Shown here: piece by piece, positions 8,209 to 13,473 of the stretch
Layout of the letters: every line of letters begins with the position of its first letter
Position numbering within the stretch: position 1 is the first letter of the stretch
Assembly (NCBI GenBank): GCA_029564175.1
Contig: JAKQQL010000297.1
Location: 1 to 13,473, forward strand
Source: Candidatus Cloacimonadota bacterium
Lineage (GTDB): Bacteria > Cloacimonadota > Cloacimonadia > Cloacimonadales > WRIO01
Reading direction: 5' to 3'
Length of the DNA: 13,473 nucleotides
Made by a program: the position numbers and the translations under genes
Notes under the pieces: generated by a model
Told to the model about the DNA's origin: nothing
Database searches by the model: none
Seen by the model: only the letters and a program-made list of their open reading frames with translations

Positions 8209-10011
8209 TTATTCAGTTTCAGGATTGTTTTTATAAAAATCGACAATAATTTCTGCCTTGTGACTACCGATAAGATTTTTCAATTCCTCAAAACGAGCTT
8301 TTCTGATTTTATCAACCGATCCAATATTTTTTAATAATATTTCTTTTGATTTGTTTCCAATACCTTTAATGTCATCAAGTGTTGACCTTAACATTTCTGA
8401 TGATCTTTTATCCCGATGAAAATTAATTCCAAAACGATGCGCTTCGTTACGAAGCTGCTGAATTATTTTAAGGCTTACAGAGTTTTTATCCAGGTATAAC
8501 GGCACATTATCACCGGGGAAATAAATCTCTTCCAGTTTTTCAGCAATTCCTATTATTGTAATTTTATCATCCAGATGCAAGTTCTTAAGACTTCTGACAG
8601 CTGACGATAACTGTCCCTTTCCTCCGTCAACAACTATCAATTGCGGTAAAGCAAGGTTTTCCCGAATAATTCTGCTATATCTTCTAAAAATTACTTCTTC
8701 CATTGAAGCAAAATCGTTAGAGCCCTGAACAGATTTAATATTGAAGTGCCTGTATTCCTTTTTTGATGGCTTACCGTTTCTGAAAACAACACATGAAGCA
8801 ACCGGATTTTTACCCATTATATTTGAGTTATCAAAACATTCAATATGAACAGGTAACTGAGACATATGAAGATCTGCTTTCAGTTTAGCCAGGTTTTTCA
8901 CGGTCCGGTCTTTTGTACTTATATCGAGTCTCTTTTTCTTTTGTTCCATCATAAAATATAAGGCATTTCTATTTGCAAGTTGCAGAAGCTTAAGTTTTTC
9001 TCCTCTCAGTGGAACAGTATATTTTATATTCTCAAATTGTATATCAGGTTTAAAAGGTATTATGAATTCTGGCGAATCACCTGATAATCTTTGCTTTATT
9101 TCTGTAATTCCGGAGCTGAGCAAAGATTCCTTGTCTTCATCTACCTTTCCTTTCATTTCAAGTGTATATGCTTGTATCACAGCTCCATTAACAACTTTAA
9201 GATAACTTATAAATGTGTTGTATTCATCCTGTACAAACCCATAAACATCAACATTTTTTATAGTGTTGCTGACTACTGTCGAATGACTTTTGAATTTGTT
9301 CAGGATTTCAATCTTATCCTTGATTATCTGAGCTTCTTCATAGCGGGTCGCTGAAGAATATTCAAACATCTGCTTTTTTAATTGATCAATTACTGTTGAG
9401 ATGTTTCCTTTCAGAATACTTCTGATCTGCTTAATATTCTCTTCATACTCTTCCTCACTTTGCAGGCCAACACATGGTCCTTTACAGTTCCCGATATGGT
9501 ATTCAAGACACACTTTGAATTTACCTGATTTAATATTTTCATTTGTAAAACTAAAAATGCAGGTTCTTGGTTTGTAGAGTTGCCTTATTATTGTCAAAAA
9601 AGTCTTGACCATAAGTGCTGACGTATAGGGACCAAAATATGATGATCCATCCTTAATCAGAGTCCGTGTGCTGAATACTCTTGGGAATAATTCTTTTTTA
9701 ATGCATATCCAGGGGAATGTTTTATCGTCCTTAAGCAGTATATTATATCTTGGTTGGTATTCCTTAATCAGATTATTTTCAAGTAATAGTGCATCAGCTT
9801 CAGAATCAACTACCACATAACTTAATCCTTCAGCTTTTTTAAGCATGATTTTTGTCTTGGCTGATTGATTTTTTGCAAAATATGAACTTACACGTTTCTT
9901 AAGATTTTTTGCCTTCCCTATGTAAATGATATTCTGCTTCAGATCCAGAAACTGGTAGACACCCGGTCTTTCAGGTAAATGATTTGATATTTTTTCCAGA
10001 TCAATTGACAT
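8209..10011 (-). CDS. uvrC: Excinuclease ABC subunit C
   Basis: GIY-YIG domain (PGVYQF, IYIGKAKNLKKRVSSYF, LENNLIK, PRYN), Cys-rich region, UVR coil, RNase H-like domain (IECFDNSN, VVDGGKGQL, RNEAHRF), and C-terminal HhH (IKGIG). Confidence 0.97.
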   Translation of the reverse strand: MSIDLEKISNHLPERPGVYQFLDLKQNIIYIGKAKNLKKRVSSYFAKNQSAKTKIMLKKAEGLSYVVVDSEADALLLENNLIKEYQPRYNILLKDDKTFPWICIKKELFPRVFSTRTLIKDGSSYFGPYTSALMVKTFLTIIRQLYKPRTCIFSFTNENIKSGKFKVCLEYHIGNCKGPCVGLQSEEEYEENIKQIRSILKGNISTVIDQLKKQMFEYSSATRYEEAQIIKDKIEILNKFKSHSTVVSNTIKNVDVYGFVQDEYNTFISYLKVVNGAVIQAYTLEMKGKVDEDKESLLSSGITEIKQRLSGDSPEFIIPFKPDIQFENIKYTVPLRGEKLKLLQLANRNALYFMMEQKKKRLDISTKDRTVKNLAKLKADLHMSQLPVHIECFDNSNIMGKNPVASCVVFRNGKPSKKEYRHFNIKSVQGSNDFASMEEVIFRRYSRIIRENLALPQLIVVDGGKGQLSSAVRSLKNLHLDDKITIIGIAEKLEEIYFPGDNVPLYLDKNSVSLKIIQQLRNEAHRFGINFHRDKRSSEMLRSTLDDIKGIGNKSKEILLKNIGSVDKIRKARFEELKNLIGSHKAEIIVDFYKNNPETE

Positions 10012-10051
10012 TACTCAAAGAAATATAATTATTCTGGAATAAAAATGATAA

Positions 10052-11671
10052 TTATTCTCTGAACAAGGGAACAAAATTAAACTTACCGGAATCAAACAAT
10101 CCTTTGTCACTTAGCTTTAATTGCGGTATAACGAGCAGGGCCATGAATGATAATGTCATAAACGGTGCTAAAAGATTACTGCCCATTGATCTGACCTTTG
10201 ATGTTAGTCTTTCATATTCAGCGGCAACATTTTTAACCGGCATATCAGACATTAGTCCTGCAAAAGGAAGAGGAAGCAGATCAACTGAATTATTATCTGA
10301 TACTGAAAGACCCCCTTTCGTCCCTACTATAGCATTGATTGCTGAAGCAATATCCTTATCATTTGTCCCGACACATATAATATTATGACTGTCGTGAGCC
10401 ACAGAACTGGCAAAGGCTCCTGTTTTAAGCCCGAATCCTTTAACAAACGCGATTGCCGGTGGAGCGTCATTGTATCTGTCTTTTACGACTATTTTCAGAA
10501 TATCGTTCAGATTATCAGATTCGACAAATTCTTCCTTACCAGAATTAAATATTAATTCTTTTGTCAAAAGACTACCATCAGAAACACCAATTACTCGTAT
10601 CCTGTTTCCTTCATTTTTAACTTTAAGCTGGTCCTCAGTTATTACTGATGATTTGAAATTATTTACTACATTGTTACATGAATAAGTAAAGAGAGTCCTG
10701 CCCTTTTCAAAAACTTTTTTCCCATCAATCCATGTTTCCAGGATATCCATATTCAGGTAGTTACTTAATATAACAAAATCTGCAGGATCTCCGGCCCGTA
10801 GCAGACCTGCATCAAGAGAATAATGTTTAACAGGATTCAATGTACAGCTTCTTATTACTTTAAAAAGATCAAAACCTTCTTTCAGAAGTTCTATTATCAA
10901 CCTGTCAATATGTCCTCCCATAAGTGTCTCCGGATGCAAATCGTCGCTGCACAGCATGACCATATCAGGATGAGTAGAAATCAGGCTTTTCAGTTCAGAA
11001 AGGTTGCGTGCTGCACTGCCTTCACGTATAAGTATCTTCATTCCCAGCTCAATCTTTTCAAGTGCTTCACGTAATGATGTACATTCATGATCTGTTGTTA
11101 TTCCTGATTCAACATATTTCTTTAAATCATTTCCTGTCAGCCCTGGAGCATGGCCATCAATTGGTTTTCCCGCCTTTAATGCTGCTCTTAATTTATTGTG
11201 AACTTCCGTATCGTCATTTATTACTCCGGGAAAATTCATCATTTCAGCCAGAAATTTAATTTTCTCATTACTGAGTAATTCTTCTATATCTGACTGATCA
11301 ATTATTCCACCCGTCGATTCGAATTTTGTTGCAGGCACACATGATGGTGCGCCAAACCAGAATTTAAGAGGTACTATTTCCGCATTTTTCATCATGAAAC
11401 TAACCCCATCAATGCCAAGCACATTTGCTATTTCATGGGGATCAGATACTACACTGGTTGTTCCACGTGAAACGGCCTGTTCTGCAAATGAAGAAGGAGT
11501 AACCATTGAGCTCTCAATATGAATGTGAGAATCAATAAGGCCTGGAATCAGAAAACCGTCTGCTGGTCTATTCAATCGTTCGATTATCTGGATCTTGTTC
11601 ACATTAACTGTTACGCGCACAGGATAAATTTCATCAGTATGAATATCAACTAATTTAGACTCAATTATCAT
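10052..11671 (-). CDS. ade: Adenine deaminase
   Basis: PGLIDSHIHIESS, DPHEIANVLG, PSCVPAT, LAEMMNFPGV, IDGHAPG, TDHEC, REGSAA, SDD, SSVAHDSHN and PFMTLSFMAL. Confidence 0.96.
   Translation of the reverse strand: MIIESKLVDIHTDEIYPVRVTVNVNKIQIIERLNRPADGFLIPGLIDSHIHIESSMVTPSSFAEQAVSRGTTSVVSDPHEIANVLGIDGVSFMMKNAEIVPLKFWFGAPSCVPATKFESTGGIIDQSDIEELLSNEKIKFLAEMMNFPGVINDDTEVHNKLRAALKAGKPIDGHAPGLTGNDLKKYVESGITTDHECTSLREALEKIELGMKILIREGSAARNLSELKSLISTHPDMVMLCSDDLHPETLMGGHIDRLIIELLKEGFDLFKVIRSCTLNPVKHYSLDAGLLRAGDPADFVILSNYLNMDILETWIDGKKVFEKGRTLFTYSCNNVVNNFKSSVITEDQLKVKNEGNRIRVIGVSDGSLLTKELIFNSGKEEFVESDNLNDILKIVVKDRYNDAPPAIAFVKGFGLKTGAFASSVAHDSHNIICVGTNDKDIASAINAIVGTKGGLSVSDNNSVDLLPLPFAGLMSDMPVKNVAAEYERLTSKVRSMGSNLLAPFMTLSFMALLVIPQLKLSDKGLFDSGKFNFVPLFRE
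11459..11474. promoter_or_regulatory. parS site embedded in the ade CDS
   Basis: TGTTCCACGTGAAACG is a 15/16 match to canonical parS TGTTCCACGTGAAACA. Confidence 0.75.
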
Positions 11672-11709
11672 AATATTAAAATTAAAATTTTAAAAATAAT
11701 AAATAATAT

Positions 11710-11725
11710 TGTTCCACGTGGAACA
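11710..11725. promoter_or_regulatory. parS centromere site (ParB binding)
   Basis: Perfect 16-bp palindrome TGTTCCACGTGGAACA (extends to 18 bp, 11709-11726) in the AT-rich mnmG-ade spacer. Confidence 0.92.
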
Positions 11726-11727
11726 AC

Positions 11728-13473
11728 TTATCTTCCTAAGTACATAAGCAGAATATTAATGTCGGATGGGGAGACACCGCTAATCCTTCCTGCCTGACCA
11801 ATAGTTTTTGGCTTAATCTTTGTTAATTTCTGTCTTCCTTCAATAGAAATGGATAATAACTCATTGAAATCAATATCATCAGGTATTTTTAATTTTTCCA
11901 GCCGATTAATTTTATCAGCGATTAGCTTTTCTCTTTCTATATATCCCTCATATTTGACTTTAATCTCTACTGCTTCACAAATTTCACTCAACATATCTCC
12001 AGCTTTTCTTATTAGAGTAGTTCCGCCTTCGATGAAATTAAGTAAATCAAGAATCCTAATTTGAGGTCTAGCTGCAAGTGATATTGCTTTGACCTTTTGA
12101 ACAATAACGTTCGTACCAGACCCACTTAAGAATGGATTAATTACAGACGGTTCAATGCTGTTCTGATTCAATAAATCCAAAATATCTGTAATTAAGGATT
12201 GTTTTCTAAGTAAAATATCTACACGCTCTTTTTCAGCCAATCCTATTTCATAGCTTTTCATAGTTAATCTCTCGTCAGCATTATCCTGTCTGAGGAGAAT
12301 CCTAAATTCCGCCCTGGAAGTAAACATTCTGTAAGGCTCATCAACTCCTTTTGTTACAAGGTCATCTATAAGAACACCTATATATGATTCATCTCTCCCA
12401 AAAACCATCTCATTCATCCCTTTAATCTTGAGAACAGCATTTATACCAGCCATAATTCCTTGTGCACCTGCTTCCTCATAACCAGTTGTGCCATTAATCT
12501 GACCAGCAAAATACAGACCTTCAATCCTTTTTGTTTCCAGAGTCTTCATAAGCTGTGTAGGCTGAAAAAAATCATATTCAACAGCATAACCCGGCCGAAA
12601 TATTTCGACATTTTCAAGCCCGGGAATTTTTCTTAAAGCCTTCAACTGAACTTCAAGAGGCAAACTACTGGCAAATCCACTAACATAATATTCAATGGTG
12701 TCCCTTCCTTCGGGTTCAATAAAAAGCTGATGAGCTGATTTATCTTTGAATGTGACAATCTTATCTTCAATGCTCGGACAATATCTTGGGCCTCTACCCT
12801 TTATAATACCTTTAAAAAGCGGACTGAATTCCAATCCTCTTCTCAATTCCTCATGCACATCCTCATTAGTGTATACAATATAGCAACTTCTAGGATTTTT
12901 GATCTCAAGGCTCCTATTTAAAAATGAAAAAGATCTACCCTCCTCATCGCTCCTTTGTTCAGTCATTGCACCAAAATCAACAGTTCTTCCATCAATTCGG
13001 GCACTTGTTCCGGTCTTCATCCTCTCCACAGTAAAACCAATTTCAGCCAACTGTTTACTTAGCCCAATTGATGCAACATCTCCAGCTCTTCCTCCAACTT
13101 TTCTGTTAAATCCAACATACATCAATCCGTTTAAAAAAGTCCCATTTGTAAGTATTACAGCGTCACAATACATCTTTGTTCCATAGGATGTTGCTACACC
13201 AATAACCCTGTCTCCATCAAGGATAAGTTCCACAACCTCTTCCTGCCAGATAAAAAGATTATCAGTAGCTTCAAGTGCCTTTCTCCATTCAACTGAGAAC
13301 AACATCCTGTCACATTGGGCCCTGGGACTCCACATTGCAGGCCCCTTCGAACGATTGAGCATCCTATATTGAATCATGCTTCTATCAGTTATTAGGGCAC
13401 TCAATCCTCCCAGTGCATCAATCTCCCTAATAATCTGACCTTTAGCAATACCTCCCATAGCAGGATTACATGA
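11728..13473 (-). CDS. mnmG: tRNA uridine-5-carboxymethylaminomethyl modification enzyme MnmG (GidA), 5'-truncated by window edge
   Basis: Frame is open to the right edge ([12 protein letters not shown]), so the listed Met is internal. Motifs [60 protein letters not shown] and RISGVSPSD. Confidence 0.98.
   Translation of the reverse strand, partial: SCNPAMGGIAKGQIIREIDALGGLSALITDRSMIQYRMLNRSKGPAMWSPRAQCDRMLFSVEWRKALEATDNLFIWQEEVVELILDGDRVIGVATSYGTKMYCDAVILTNGTFLNGLMYVGFNRKVGGRAGDVASIGLSKQLAEIGFTVERMKTGTSARIDGRTVDFGAMTEQRSDEEGRSFSFLNRSLEIKNPRSCYIVYTNEDVHEELRRGLEFSPLFKGIIKGRGPRYCPSIEDKIVTFKDKSAHQLFIEPEGRDTIEYYVSGFASSLPLEVQLKALRKIPGLENVEIFRPGYAVEYDFFQPTQLMKTLETKRIEGLYFAGQINGTTGYEEAGAQGIMAGINAVLKIKGMNEMVFGRDESYIGVLIDDLVTKGVDEPYRMFTSRAEFRILLRQDNADERLTMKSYEIGLAEKERVDILLRKQSLITDILDLLNQNSIEPSVINPFLSGSGTNVIVQKVKAISLAARPQIRILDLLNFIEGGTTLIRKAGDMLSEICEAVEIKVKYEGYIEREKLIADKINRLEKLKIPDDIDFNELLSISIEGRQKLTKIKPKTIGQAGRISGVSPSDINILLMYLGR

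Noticed and set aside
11021..11075. Two TTCACGTA cores in ade as extra parS sites
   Set aside because: The flanks do not match parS (many mismatches). They correspond to REG and REA codons.
769..13186. Short alternative-frame or antisense ORFs in the track (e.g. 769-1011, 1985-2272, 2450-2791, 7028-7351, 7519-7863, 10104-10388, 12899-13186)
   Set aside because: All lie within or mostly overlap well-supported genes and have no family motifs, so they are shadow ORFs.
1..13473. CRISPR array, IS/integrase, tRNA/rRNA, defence or toxin-antitoxin genes
   Set aside because: No spaced repeats, terminal inverted repeats, recombinase motifs or RNA-gene signatures seen. All long ORFs are assigned to known families.

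Overview
AT-rich chromosomal window from a Bacteroidota (probably Bacteroidales-type) genome. The assignment rests on TAnnTTTG promoters, a Q-rule signal peptide, and Bacteroidota-type LspA and MnmG motifs. Left to right: 3' part of lspA, a long-chain polyprenyl diphosphate synthase, a convergent MFS transporter, then a + strand block (4HBT/YbgC thioesterase, twin-arginine aldo/keto reductase, secreted SMP-30/gluconolactonase, YwbE-family protein, clade-X ATP-type phosphofructokinase, HAD phosphatase). This block converges on a - strand mnmG(partial)-ade-uvrC cluster. The clearest non-coding signal is a pair of parS centromere sites: a perfect palindrome 2 bp after the mnmG stop and a near-perfect copy inside the ade coding sequence. 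With mnmG and a strong local strand skew, these suggest the window is origin-proximal. I see no mobile element, CRISPR array, RNA gene or defence system, and no strong evidence for a novel system. Most of the window is housekeeping or metabolic, and the findings are modest.
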